A DNA stretch of 46,876 nt, counting the filler, from Catajapyx aquilonaris (lineage: Eukaryota): the NCBI GenBank assembly GCA_000934665.2. It is 2 parts of 2 records of this genome, joined end to end, with 100 filler letters (N's around TTAATTAATTAA, not from the genome) between each part and the next. Parts side by side here need not be neighbours in the genome. Positions count along the whole stretch, not along the records: positions 1 to 23,401 come from JYFJ02005691.1; 1 more part is not named here. The stretch is one strand, 5' to 3'. The translations under genes and the position numbers were made by a program. Below, piece by piece: positions 1 to 13,292 of the stretch (the stretch's first letter is position 1; each line of letters begins with the position of its first letter). The notes under the pieces were generated by a model that was not told the origin of the DNA, did no database searches, and worked only from the letters and a program-made list of their open reading frames with translations.

Positions 1-687
1 GCCGTCCCCAGCCCATCAAATTGTACAAGAACCACTATCAGCAAGTTTAATCATTTTACAGTGTGAATTACTCCCTGATGCGGCTCGTATGATTTTCATA
101 CATACGCAGTGTACTGATAAGTGCACGTCCTCTGATGATATAATTACGATGCATGCTAGTACACTACTACGCATTAAATGTATACAGAGAGGGGGGGTGG
201 GGGGTCAGACCCATCGCAATGCAATATTGCTATTAATAATTGGATTAATGCCACATTAGCCAAATTGGCAGTCTTTGGGGGGGGGGCTGTTTGGCTAAAT
301 GTCTCCCATCACCAAAATAGCCCGGACAGCGTGCGAAAATTACAATAATCCGCCACCATTTACGCCCCAGTTTGTACAAAAAAAAATTGAAGCTATTTTT
401 ACACTACACCAATTCGCATCTAGCCCCATGTTCACTATATGTACACCTGGTCTGCATTGACGATCTCAGGTGTGAGTGCTACATGCGTCACAATATAATT
501 ATGCAGATTGTATCCCTGCCATGCGTGCAAAATAGCGAGGCCGAGTCCATTTTAGTGCTCATCCCAGTTAATTTATTTAAATATAAAATACTGTCATATC
601 CTGGCAATGTGTATAAAACCGTAATTAAGTAAAATGTATGTTTTTTTTACATACTAGTTCATCCTTCCACCCACCAGAGGCGCTGCG

Positions 688-800
688 TGCGCAGGCGCAG
701 AACGTGAGCCAATCGGAAGCATCGCGGAAACAATATACAGCGAGCCAATAAGCGTCAGTCATACAACGAAGGATTTTAATATGATCGATAAAATAAATCG
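688..800 (+). promoter_or_regulatory. Promoter-like motif cluster inside the foxo intron
   Basis: NRF1/Ewg-like TGCGCAGGCGCA (688-699), two CCAAT boxes (709-713, 745-749) and a DRE-like ATCGATA (~784-790). Confidence 0.35.
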
Positions 801-1253
801 TGACGTTCACTGCTCTCGAATCGTAATATCAGTGACTCAGTGCCGAAGTCCAGTAGCTTCCCTGTTAAATTATCGGTCATTGTTCAGGAGTGACATCGTG
901 CACAGGAGAACAACGGAGCTTGTTGTCAGCGTGGGTTACGAAACTGAGGTAGACAACTCCCAGAAGTTACATTCACACCCGACGATTCATTCCCTGTATA
1001 GGGCAAGAATATTTATAAAAAAAACCGAAAAAAACCCCCGGTGATGGGCAAAACACCTATGATCTTAATCAGAAAAAAAAGGATACACACACACAAAAAA
1101 AACATAAGGACATCCAAGGTCGTGTGTTGGGAAGGTCGTGGAAATGCCCACGCTACAACCTACGTAATTCCATCCCATTCACAAGAATTTTTTTTCTTCT
1201 TCTCTTTCTCTTTCAAAAGCAGACGACACCTATATGACCTCTACACTTGCCTC

Positions 1254-1505
1254 GGGGTCACTTTCTCGAGAGTGCCCCCTGTCTGTCTCAAGAGAGTTTG
1301 ACAGGGCCTCCACCGAATGGAGGTCACTGGTTTCTCCGGCCTCGAAATAGGCGAGGGGGGTCCTCTTTGGAGTGAAAGGATTCCAAATTTAGGAAGAATC
1401 TGTTATGGGGTGGGCTTTACAGGTAGATGTACACCTGACAGGTCCCAAGGGAATACCGTTAGTTGGACGATAGGGTGGGGACTTAAAACCTCTCACCGAA
1501 AAATT
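1254..1505 (+). other. Chain of short hairpins, probably a repeat-derived structured element (LINE 5' UTR-like)
   Basis: Consecutive inverted repeats, e.g. GGGGTCACTTTC/GAGAGTGCCCC, CCTGTC/GACAGG, CCTCCA/TGGAGG, CCTCG/CGAGG, CAGGT/ACCTG, GGTGGGGA/TCTCACC. Confidence 0.45.
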
Positions 1506-4500
1506 TCAAACCGAAAAAAAAAGTTATCGCCCACGTGGTCAACTGACCTTTCATAACGTGTGTATGTCGTCACCAAAAACTTTCTCACTTCCAAATTATT
1601 TCCACACCTTTAAATGAATATCAAGCTTTCACTTTTTTTTTTACTGTACGTTGTTTTAAATGCCACCGACAACAAAAGCGGCTCTTGAACTTGACAATAC
1701 AAATGCGAGCTGACATGCCTGACGTATGTGAGGGCCACATGTGCCGCGGCAAAACCACACGCATTGACCTTCGAACGTGTATTTGACTTTCAGAAACACC
1801 GTGTGTGTATGTGCCTGGGTTGAGGTGGAGTAATTTCCGTGGCCTTCCAGACATATTTTCTTTCCTCAGTCAGGAAGCCCCCATCATACAAGTGGACAGC
1901 TTCAAAAGAGGCCCACTTCCGAGTCAAGACGACACAGCCTGACACTCTGCCAAAAAATGTGGACTTTCTTGTACATGAAACTGTATGATTTGTGACATCT
2001 AGATTAAGTTCACACGTGGGTGTGTCACCAGCAAAATCTGCGTATATTTTCTAATCAAACGTTGAACCACGATTTGCAGAGAGAAAAAAACTTTGCCATC
2101 ACTTCTGGAAGCATCTTGATAATCTGCCTTCCCCCCACCAACTCTGATAATATCGGCCAGTGCACTTGAGCCAATTCATCCGCCGAGTTCCATAAATTAC
2201 GTCCAAACTCCATTTCGTGAACTTTTGCCGAGACAAGTCGGGCAAAGCAGCAGCATCCACGCTTCCCTTAGCCGGCACATGCACCTTCAGGATTTGGAGG
2301 GGCGGGGGTGGTAGGAAAACTAAATGAGAAAATTTCCATCGGGCCCAAAACCTTTCATTTCCCATCAACTCCCTTTCCAATATTAATCAGAAGTTGCAGT
2401 TCTACTTGGCAGGGCTGAAGTTTCAAATCAAAGCGATCTGGGGGGACCGGCCTAATTAAACCGACAAATCTTACGGCCCGGCGCCGACTGACAGCCCTCC
2501 CTATAAGAACCTAAGACTTTTAATGTTAAAGCGTCAGCATGGCGGATGGCTCTGAAAACTCCAGCTTCATGGACGCCCCCGCTTGGAGGCGCTGAACACT
2601 CCCATTTTTTTTTTCCAAGCATAAATTCGTAAGCCTTGACGGCCACATCAAAAGTGCCTCTTTCTGATGGCCAAACGTTGGCTTCAACGCCACAAACGCC
2701 CGGGCTTTTCAGCTGAGCAAAACCCCCCTCCCTTGTGTGGAAGCTGGAAATTGTTAATCCGTCAGCTACAGACGCGCCTTTACCCAGGCTTAGCAACGCC
2801 TTGAGACGATGCTCGCCTAGCAGGAAATTGAAGCCCCCCCCCCCATCTACCCCCACCTTTTCATATTCTATTCTGCTAATGACTGCCCCCCCGGACTTAC
2901 GCACGCTCCATTATTATGGAAAATCGGTATAACTACGCGGTAATTACAGGAGACCCCAACAATGAGTCGCCACCAAGTGTCAGATGTTTGTTGTTTATCG
3001 CCCTGGATCGTAATTATATTTCACTTATTGTTTCCATCTGAAAACAAATACGTATCTGGCCTGGATAAAGCCGATAAGTGTGGTTATCATCATGCATTTT
3101 TTTTCGGGGAAAAAAAAACTTGGAGCAAATCCAAATATACACACTCGCACAGCACACACACAAAAAAATAGTAATTATAATCTATCTACTGCCACCATGC
3201 AGATGCCAAGGCGAATTTAGGAAGCGTGCAAAACGTGGCATGGGTGAAGGTCAGCTCGATCCCCCCCAACACGAGTTGCTATCATTACAGGGGGAAAAAA
3301 GGCTTCTTCTCTTCCGCACAAAAATTGCATATGGCGTCTTATAACAGAAACAAAGCCACATTTCGAAGTAAGATTAGTCACCTTTCCTAAGCAAAAGGTT
3401 TTGAGTCATCTAGTATATCAAAAAGAGTGCGACCTCAATGGTTCATGCAGCTTCCCAAAAGCCTGCAGCGGATGCGGAAGATACGAAGCGGAAGGCCTGA
3501 TACGGAGCAACTGCGTCAAAGAAGTTTGCAAGAATCTTTTACGACGAACAGAGTTTCGCAAAATATCAAGTTCTCATCGTATTCGCGCATTTTTTCTCTC
3601 TCGGGGATTCTCACTTGTTTATAATAACTATCAATAATTTTTAAACGACGACACTTTGTTCCCCTTCAAGCAGTCAAAGTTTATGTTGTGGTCGGTACAA
3701 AAATCAGCGAGACACAGTTTTTATAGTTGGTTTCTTATCGTGGATTGACTCCATAGCACTGACTCTTCTAGAAGCATATCGGTAAGGTCGAAAGTTTATC
3801 ATCCACACATATAAAAAAAAGCTGGATGATAACAAAATTCCCGCAAGTATCTCTCGAGTGGACTACGGTACAAAAGTTACGAAGTCGATTCTTGTCCCTT
3901 TGGTAATACTCAAAAATAATTTCAAACATCAAATTTCGACATCTGTTATCGCACCCATCAAAAAAAAAACGTCATAAATGTCAGATAAGGACCTCAGATT
4001 AGACATCGATGGGGACCCCAATTTTTCTTGTAACAATTATTGTATAAGTTAGCACTCAACAAAAATGACGAATCAAAAAAAATGTAGAGGGGGGCTTGGT
4101 GAGGGGTAGAACCATAAAGCGATTAGATTGCGATGAGAATAGAACCGAAGGTCCTTGGTTAGCTTTTCGACCTCGAAGGAAAATAAAAAAGAGATGATCC
4201 GTTCACTGCCTTTCTAGATCATTTCCCATACACACACACACACACACACCAACAGGCAATAATTTTTTGACTAACACACGATTTTTGTTATTTTAATAAT
4301 ACGCGCAGTATGGGCCGAAACACACACACAAATCTGTATGACATTTAACATCGAGCCTGTTTCAGCATTCAGGCTTAGGGCCATTCATGCTAACTTATCC
4401 ATATTGTAATTGCCTCCCCTTCAATATCAAACGAAACTAATGTGGTTATTGCTTTTTCTGAGCCGATTTACTCCCGGGTTGATCCCCCAATAAATCCTGA

Positions 4501-5119
4501 ACCTCCACAAGATAAAAAGGTAATTATCAGCTTTTTTTCGTGTGTAACCAACATGGGTTTTACTAGAATCCTGCACAAAAAAGGGGCAATCCCTGGTAAG
4601 GATTGCAGCCCAGGCAAGCCGACTCTCAAATTACCCCACCGTTTTCCCCGAGAGTTGCCATCATCTGCAATGCGACGGCCACAGGAGCCGTTTAAGACCC
4701 TCCAACTAAGGTAAAAGCAAAGAGGAGGATGGTTAGAGGTAAGTAGGAAAGAGGAAATATCGAGATCTTCTCCTTAAACGCGTCCCAACCATTATCTTCT
4801 AGCCCAATGCTGCTGTTTGCCCGAATAGAAAGGACCACGAGAGTTTGCTCAAGACACTACGAATTTTCCTGATTTGGACTCCCCCAAAAAACCTGCCCCA
4901 TTTGGTTCTCCCTTGGCAGTAAAGCACGGGCTGGTGACAACGACTCTGTTGCCTGGGAGCGACCAATTAAAATCCGCTCTCAGGTATATGAGGGGAAAAT
5001 TCACTTTTGGAGAGAAGAGAAATTGCATTAAGTCGTAATAAAACGCCTTAAACTGATCGCGACATGACTTGATAATAGGACCAGTTTGTGCAAAAAAAAT
5101 TCACGCCACCATGGTAGGC

Positions 5120-5975
5120 CTATAGAACCTATAAAAATATTGAAGCAATATCCACTGAAATATTACTGTATAACTTATTGAAACAATCCACCGAAATTAT
5201 ATTAAACAATCTATTGAACTTTTGCTAATTTTCCTCAAAAAAATATAACCGTCATTCATAATAAACATACAGGATCAAGTTTCGATTCAAATTTTAATTT
5301 AATACTAATGGTATAGACCTATAAAAATATTGAAGCAATCCACTGAAATTATATTGAAGCAATACACTGAAATTTTGCAAAATTCTCCAAAAAAATGTAA
5401 CTGAGTTATTCATAATAAGCATAGCCCTATAAGTTTCGATTCGAATTTAATTTAATTTGAATGGTATAGATGTGGTATGAACCCTATAAAAAATATTGAA
5501 GCAATCAACTGAAATTATATTGAAGCAATACACTGAAATTTTGCAAAATTCTCCAAAAAAATGTAACTGAGTTATTCATAATAAGCATAGCCCTATAAGT
5601 TTCGATTCGAATTTAATTTAATTTGAATGGTATAGATGTGGTATGAACCCTAAAAAAAATATTGAAGCAATCAACTGAAATTATATTGAAACAATACACT
5701 GGAATTTTGCGAATTCTCCCCCCAAAAATGTAACCCCAAAATAATAAACATATCAGTTTCGATTCTAATTTAATTTAATATTGAAATAAAGATATTGAAG
5801 CAACCCCATTGAAACTACAAGTATATTGAAATAATCCACTGACATTTTGATAATTGCTCTTTAAAAAATGTAACCGACATTCATAATAAGAATATCAGAT
5901 TTTTTTAAACTAAGATTTCGCACGAGACCCACAAATTTTTTGGCGCAACCATATTATAGACCTATAAAATATTGG
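5120..5975. repeat. AT-rich tandem repeat, ~166-bp unit, about 5 copies (central two near-identical)
   Basis: CCCTATAAGTTTCGATTCGAATTTAATTTAATTTGAATGG recurs at 5425 and 5591, with degenerate copies on both sides. Confidence 0.9.
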
Positions 5976-7417
5976 GAGTGATATAATTATTTCATAAATA
6001 AATTATTCCCCGACATTTTGTTTAATTCCTGATTTTTTAACAATTTTTGCTATTTTTTCCCAAAGAAATTCGTCGCCATTCGTAATAAACATATCCGTTT
6101 CGTTTTTTTCTTTTTGCTAATATTTCCCGCAAATTTTTTTGGCGCGCAACAATTGAAAGAGCAGCCATTTACGGTAGTGACTCCTGGAATTTGGTGGGTG
6201 GTTGATGAATGATTAAAAAGGAAGGAAAACCGGTTTGGACGTGAGTTCAAAACCTGCCCGGTTTTTTTTATATACACACTGTAGGATTTACTGCTCGGTA
6301 GTCGCTTAAAAAAATTGCGCTTATTTCGGCTATGAATTATCGGGTTATAAGGACCGGCAAAAATTTTTTTTGCACAATATATATTTTAATTCTTAAACTC
6401 GAAACCTCCCTTGGTGTAGAATCTTGAATTTCATGCTACTAAACCTGGTCCCATTTGTCACTTCTAATTTGTTTTTTTAAAAGGATTTATCCCCGAACAA
6501 GTTTTCTGAGCAATTGTTTATTAGGTCATATTGCCAAAGATACTCTCTCTCTCTCTCCCTGACCAAAAGAGAAGTCAGCTTCAACTGACCCTTGTTAAGA
6601 CGCAAAAATCGCTCAGGTTCGGAGGTCACCTCATGGCGCGAAGGGCGGCCGTGACGTCAAAAGGCCGCTGCCGGTGGTTTTATACGTCGTGACGCACATC
6701 CACCACTACATACATAATCGTACATTCACATGACCCAAGTTCAGGGGAAGAACAAAAAAACAATTCCCACAACGCACATGGTTTTTCGAAACTTCACGCG
6801 GCAAAAAAAAACTACATCGCACTTCGAAGGTGACATTAAAAATTAATCTCGTTCAAAATTGGACATATTTATTATACGTACAATAAATCTTGCCACTCGT
6901 CACCTAAAATAGGCAATTTAAAAAAAAAATGGCAAAAAGTGTGGCGCCATTTACTAACCACGTGTTACGTTTAAAAAAAAAACTGGGCTGAATTCCTAGA
7001 GGTTGTCTACCTTACGCGTCGTTCTAAGTACGTGTCGTTCTAAGTGACGCGCCACTATAGAGCGAATCGAGTGTTTCTAGAACCGCAGGCATAGAAAAAA
7101 AAATGAGAGCGAAGCGAGTGTTTTTTCAAGTTTGAATCGGTTTTCAATAATAAAAAGGCCACTCTTTTAAACTTGGTGCATCTTCAGCGTCTCTTTGAAT
7201 TTATTGTGCTGCTTAACACTATAAGTTTTTTCAATCATCCGAGGCCGATTCTGTCGCCACATCACGCGCCATTATCTCTCCATGGCCTTATCGTTTATGA
7301 GGAAATTCTACAAGGCCAGCCAGGCAGCCCAGCTGCGGATATACACATACACTCAACACACGTGGTACTATAGTGTGTGTGTGTGTGTTCACCCAAAAAA
7401 AAAAAACTCTTTCTTAC

Positions 7418-7765
7418 CTTCCATCCGGCCGAACTGTTGCTGTCCCCTTTATCCTTGAAGTACGGCACGTTTTGGACCATCCAGTCGTAGATTTGGGATA
7501 GTGTGAGTCTCTTCTCAGGTGAGCTTGTGATGGCCTGGGTGATCAGGTCGGCATAGGACATGTTGCCCCAAGCGTTCCTGCGACTCGAGTTCTTCTTAGG
7601 TAGCTGGGCAGCCTCGGGTTGGGATTTGACCCCTGGGTCACCTGGTTGACCCGATTGTTCTGGGCTGTCCTCGTAGTTGTCCGGTCGGGGCAAAGGCCAC
7701 GTGTTGGACCTAGCACGAGTCTGTGGCTCGAAATTTGGGTCGATGTCCACTGGTGGATCCATCAT
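7418..7765 (-). CDS. foxo: Forkhead box O transcription factor, first coding exon (116 aa); the gene continues left beyond the window through a >7.4-kb intron
   Basis: Translation has the FoxO Akt motif [12 protein letters not shown] and the forkhead N-half [19 protein letters not shown]...[30 protein letters not shown]. It ends at the conserved FoxO intron site AAG|gtaaga (donor 7417). Confidence 0.97.
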
Positions 7766-7839
7766 TGTTGCACTGTTTATAACTAGGGGGTAAAACTAGA
7801 TCGAGAGAGGTTAAGGTTCACAGGGGGGTCACTACACAG

Positions 7840-7985
7840 AGAAGTCACGTGGCGGCAGTCCAGAGAGGACCACGTGAGTAGAGGTCTGCCATCGGCACCG
7901 ATCCAAACAGCTCTGAAGGGGCCTCGCTAGCAGCTCAGAAGCCGCGCTTCGGCACGCACCTCTCCTGACGTCACATGGCCAATGA
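7840..7985 (-). promoter_or_regulatory. foxo upstream/5' regulatory motif cluster
   Basis: E-boxes GTCACGTG (~7844) and CACGTG (7871), a palindromic CRE TGACGTCA (7966-7973) and CCAAT (7979-7983), all within ~220 bp of the foxo ATG. Function is inferred from motif match only. Confidence 0.4.
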
Positions 7986-8339
7986 CTTGCCAGCTGCGCA
8001 CTATCTACCACCACACTTCTTTCCAATAGTCGACGCTCAGTGGCGCTTGCTATCGGTAGAGTACGTGCCCTCCCCAACCTGCTGCACCTATACCGTTGGC
8101 TGCTATAACAGGAGACAAATTGGTTAATCGCGATTTCGACACTTTTTGCGCGGCGCACGTGTGTGTTTACGCGTTAGGTCAGTGGAAGTCAGAAGCACGT
8201 GCGTTGTAAGAGGGACAATTTGCGACGGATTTGGTCGTTGCGTAGGCTGGTGGTACTGGTCCGCGGGGATCGTAGTTGACCGACTTCATAGGGAGATTAC
8301 ACCCTGTATAGTAGGAGGATAGCATGTATGGGTTACATA

Positions 8340-8945
8340 CAATAGGGCAAATCAAGTGAATCTTGGATGAATCAGACATGTAAATCATAAGGATTATTGG
8401 ATGAATCCTGCGTGTAAATCACAGGGAATCCTGGTTGAATCCGATATTTTAAAAAATAATAGAGAATCCTGGATGAATCTGACTTGCAGGCTAAATCATA
8501 AGGAATCTAGGATGAATCCTATATAGGAAAATCTAGGATGAATCCTATATATAGGAAAATCATAGACACTGTGTCATATATTCATCCAGGATTCCCTATA
8601 GGCTATAGGGAATCCTGGATGAATATGACATGTAAATCTGGGATGAATCCGCAATCCGATATGAAAATTATCGCAAATATTGGATAAATCCCACATGAAA
8701 ATCATTGAGAATCTAAATTCGATATGAAAATCATATAGGGAATCACGCTTGGAATCCAACTTGTAAATCAAGGAATATTATATGAATCCGATATCTAAAT
8801 CTTGGATGAATCCTACATGAGAATCATAGGGAATCCTGGATTAATCGTGGTTGAATCCGGCATCAAAATCACATGGAATCTAAGATGAATCCGACATGTA
8901 AATCTTGACGAATCCGATATGTAAATCAATGTGAATCCATATTGG
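8340..8945. repeat. Degenerate minisatellite, ~34-bp unit (GAATCCTGGATGAATCCGACATGTAAATCATAGG-like)
   Basis: Many recurrences of GGATGAATCC / TGTAAATCA across 600 bp. Confidence 0.85.
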
Positions 8946-10469
8946 TAAAATCCACACTATTTTTAGGCTACTATTAAATGGTACAGTAGTAGTATTTTAA
9001 AATGCGCACTAAAAATAATTAATTGGGTCTGCTCGAAACTGTAAAACCAAGGGCGTTAAATTACAGATGCAGTGTGGGTACCCAGTTCCCAAATCGCAGT
9101 GATAAATAAAACATCTTTTTACCGTATGTATACTAACATGTCTAAGGTGTGCATAAGTCATTGCACACTAGAGTGTGTGCGGTGTAGTGAAAATGCTTGC
9201 CATACCACGCTCTATCTATACATACAATAAATTACTAACAATCCAAGAAATTGTCAGCATAATTATATCCCAATGTGAGCTAACTTGAGGTTAGCAGGTA
9301 AGATGATGAAGTTGTTTGGAAATAAGAGAGTAAAGTTCCGCTCCGTGCCATCTGTACACAGTGCAGAGAAGTTGTCTCAGGGACTAACCAGTCATCTTTC
9401 CTGCCGCCCCATCTACGCCTCTTGACTCTTACTACCTTCACTTGTATAACAACTCAACAATTACAGTAAACTCAAATACATATACAACTCAAAAAAAATT
9501 TGTGACAATAATTATTATTCAAGTTCGTACCGATACAACCCACTGCTCAGAAAAAGCGACACACATTGCAAATATTTCTGGATAAAATATTTGTCATACA
9601 CTCTGCAGATGCGATCATACGTGTCTAAATGCACATTTCTTTCCCTCCCATGTTATGTGCAAGTAAACAACGTGTCATTGTATTTCAGGTATTTCCTCCT
9701 AATGACATTATTTTGACACTTATTTCGGGCTATTTGGCAACTATTTGCAGACAACAATCCTCTCCAGAAACCCGTAGACACATTTAGGACTATTTATCCA
9801 GCAGCAGTGAGGACCTCTTCTAATTCCTTTGCTCTCAACCAAATCAGTTCTTGATAAATCTTTGCCCCCCCTGAAGATGTAACACCTTTTACTTGAATAA
9901 AGGTGAGAGCAGCAGCCCCCTCCTCCTTTGCAACATTGATCGGCGTCTGACAGATGGGCCTTTGAATTGCCTGGCCGTAAATCGGAGGCGACAAATGAAC
10001 GTACTTTTCCGCCCCATAAATACGTCGGGTGAAGGCGTTTAAAAGAAACGTAATCTAAAATTTGCTGCACCCGGAGTTTGGGAAGGAGAAATGTGAGGAA
10101 GGCTAATGAAGGCTGCTGGAGGAGGAGGAGGAAGGGTGGGGTTTCCCTGTGTGTGATGAGTTTGGGGCCACCTTGAGACCCAATTACAAGGCGAGGGGGA
10201 CTAAGTGGGCACTGCTAAGGTGTATTGATTACGACAGCTAGAGTAAATAAGTGGAAAGCTCGCAGGTTTTCCAGAGAGACACTGGAATTGCAAAGAGGAC
10301 ACCGCAGATTCAAAGGTGTTGTGTTCCTCCCCCAAAGGTTCATACCAAAAATACAGAGTGCGTGACTAAAGCCATATTTTTATTTTATTTTTTTGATCCG
10401 AATTGTTGCGAACATATATTTTTTTGTGGGGATGGCTGCACCTCTCAACTGTTTGTTTTTTGGGGTCCT

Positions 10470-11123
10470 CTATCCGTAGATGTATCCAGCACCGTATCTC
10501 TGGGTGCGGAAGGAGTTGCTGGCTGCGAATGGTGCATGCAGCTGGTGCAGTCCACCAGACTGGTACACACCAGCGTATGGTGCACCCAGGAACACCTGAG
10601 CAGAAGCAACGGCCAGGACGACCAGGACCATCAGGATCTGCAAAGAAAATCACTTGATCAGACCAAAAAAAAAAATCATACATATTATATAAAATGGAAA
10701 GTTTATCTGTGTGTCCAGGCTATCTAGTTCACTTCCGGACTACTGATAGGGCAGATATAGGAAAAGTGAAAGTTTGTCTGCATGTCCAGGCTACTACCAC
10801 TTCTGGACTACTAACAGTCCTGATAATTATAAATAAGGAAAGTTTGTCTGCATGTCCAGGCTGCCACTTCTGGACTACTGACAGTCCTGATATATAAAAA
10901 GTAAAGTTTGTCTGTATGTCCAGGCCACCACTTCTGGACTACTGTCCTGATATAAAAGGGAAAATTCAATCTCACTTCCGGACTACTGAGAGTGCTGATT
11001 CTTACATGTATAAACAGTAAAGTTTGTGCGTGTTTGTCTGGGCTGCCTGTGGCCCACTTCCGGACTACTGAGAGTCGTGCTTGGCTTGTAATAAATAAAA
11101 ATAGTACTCACCACGAACTTCAT
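10470..11123 (-). CDS. Small secreted Gly/Tyr-rich peptide A, 59 aa: MKFV|ILMVLVVLAVASAQVFLGAPYAGVYQSGGLHQLHAPFAASNSFRTQRYGAGYIYG
   Basis: Exons 11112-11123 (ATG AAG TTC GTG|gtgagta) and 10470-10637 (tttgcag|ATC ... TAG). TATATAAA at 11210-11217 upstream, AATAAA near 10380 downstream, and a hydrophobic signal peptide ending in ASA. Confidence 0.85.
10690..11075. repeat. Intronic minisatellite, ~60-65-bp unit, about 6 copies
   Basis: AAAGTTTGTCTGCATGTCCAGGCT...CACTTCTGGACTACTGA repeated within the intron of peptide gene A. Confidence 0.88.
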
Positions 11124-13292
11124 GATGATTGTTGAGTTGTGTAGTGTTGTGTAGGCTCGGTGCTAAGGTTCGTAGCAAACTGTGTTGTTTTTTGATCGGG
11201 GCTTGACCCTTTATATACCGTGTGTGGTCAGGCATGAGGAAGTTGGGTGTCCAGGGTGACGTCTCAGGGATAGACAAATCACGCCCACTAGAGATGCCTG
11301 CACTTGAACCTCACAACACGATCATGCTTCACGAAGGACATGGTATTCGTCACCGATTGATTCTTAGTGTACACAACATGCGATTTTTTTTTATAACCGA
11401 AAATTATGGGCCCGCCAAAATGGCATGTGGGGGGGAAAAAATGGTCATCCTCGATTCATGACTTGGAGATTTTAAACCAAGGTCCTTTCCTCATAGTGAA
11501 CCAAGTAGTGAGGGGAATGGGGCGGGGTTGGGAAAAGTGAGACCCAGTGATTTATTTGGATGATAAAAGCGCCGAGCTTGATTTTCTATCGTCTAATCAA
11601 CCCTTACCGGAAATTCAGCAACTCAAATTGCGGGTAGTTTGTTGCCAATCAAGTGTACACAAGAGGAACAAAAAAAAGAGGACAAAAATCAAAGTTGAAT
11701 TTGCACAAAAAAAGTGCAGTTATTTTTAGACTTAATTCGACGAAAATATATAGCTTTTGGAGGCATTTGCATAAATAATATTTTAAACTTGGAAAACGTC
11801 TGAAAAATTAAATTTTGCATTTTTGATGCAAATTCGTGATTTCATTGCCAGGTTAGGGTGAATAGTAAAAATAAAAATAAAAACTGAAATTTCATTTCTA
11901 AAAGAATGAAATGAAAATGTCCTTAAAAACGATTTTTTTAAATAAAAATTAATTCGTAATTAATTATCAATTATATGACTGTCGCTTTCTTATATTTCGT
12001 AAACTTATTTGACATTTGATTATGTTTTTTTTTTTAAATTCAATTGGCTTGTAGCGATTTGTGACCTTTGAGTTGAAGATGATTGCATTGCTATTAAAAT
12101 ATACCTGTGTGTGGGTCATAAACAGGTCATACATAATTACCGGTTTTACACCTGCGTAATAAAAACAAAACCGGTAATCCGATTTTTACAACAGTCCTTG
12201 ACAATGCGTGAAAAATGAAAACTGACCATGATGCAACCCTCGCAGTAGCAAACCCTTTCATGATGGCAAATTGCAAAACGCCCCACAATTTTTCATATAT
12301 AATTAATAACAATTTTTCAACAACACCTTGACCTTTTTTTAAAAATATATGCTTTTAAAAAAATTATGAGTGACAGGAAGTGAATTAAAAAAAAAATCCT
12401 TGATAAGTTAATCGATTTGACACTTGATATTTTGTGTACATCTTTTTGTTCATCATAATATATATGTCAGCTGTTCACTAACTAGGAAACATGTCAAACC
12501 ACTTTCACAGGTTTTTTATTTCATTCAAATTCCTAGTCACGAAGGACCTTGACCCTGTACACTTCATAAGAGGTGTTTGGCCTGCTTTTTTAAATTTATT
12601 GAATCCAGACCGCGCCCAAAAATGTGTGACGCACTAGGAAGAACCAATAGTACTCATCTGGACCATTTCCGCAAGAAAACTAACTGATCTGATGGCCTTT
12701 GGAAAAATTACAAGAGGAAAAAAAAAAAAAAAAGTGTAAGCCGCACCCTCTCAGAAGGGCAACCTTCAAATGGCTGCAGGTGTAGCTTCCGCCCTGTAAT
12801 TTAAAAAAAAAATCATTAAGGATTAATAAGGGTAACATGCTCAGAAATAAGCGATAAGTATGCATCAAGAAATTGGGTGAAAATATGTGCAGAAAAAAAT
12901 AGGTAATTTTTGCCTGAAATTCAATAGTTGGATCATGCAAAAAAAAAAATTTGATTAAAAATTGTTAATATCATTTGGTTTATAAAGTTGTGTGTTCAAA
13001 GACTGTCACCATGCCTATTAAGGCAATGCTAATTTGTCAAGGCCAAAAATAATGAAAATGATCCGCAGCATAACTGTTGCTCTGCATCAATTCATCTTCC
13101 GTTGGCATGTTGTAGCCACCGCCAAACTTGGCGTTCACTTTCACTTGCCCTTGCCCGACCGATATCCGCACCTGTTCAAGATCAAAAGCCTCCACCGATA
13201 TAAATACAGGGAACGAGCCCACAACCAGCATCAAATCTCAACACAGCACAACTTTAGTCTTTCAACGCAACACAACAACTCCAAAACCAACC

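Noticed and set aside
7295..7417. C-terminal extension of the 156-aa FoxO ORF ([13 protein letters not shown]...)
   Set aside because: Read-through into the intron after the conserved GWK|gt donor.
9741..10070. Minus-strand ORFs of 109 and 66 aa
   Set aside because: No recognisable motif or convincing splice structure; could be decayed repeat sequence.
10690..11075. Repeat array as CRISPR-like
   Set aside because: Eukaryotic intron; the units are contiguous degenerate copies with no unique spacers. The same holds for the arrays at 5120-5975 and 8340-8945.
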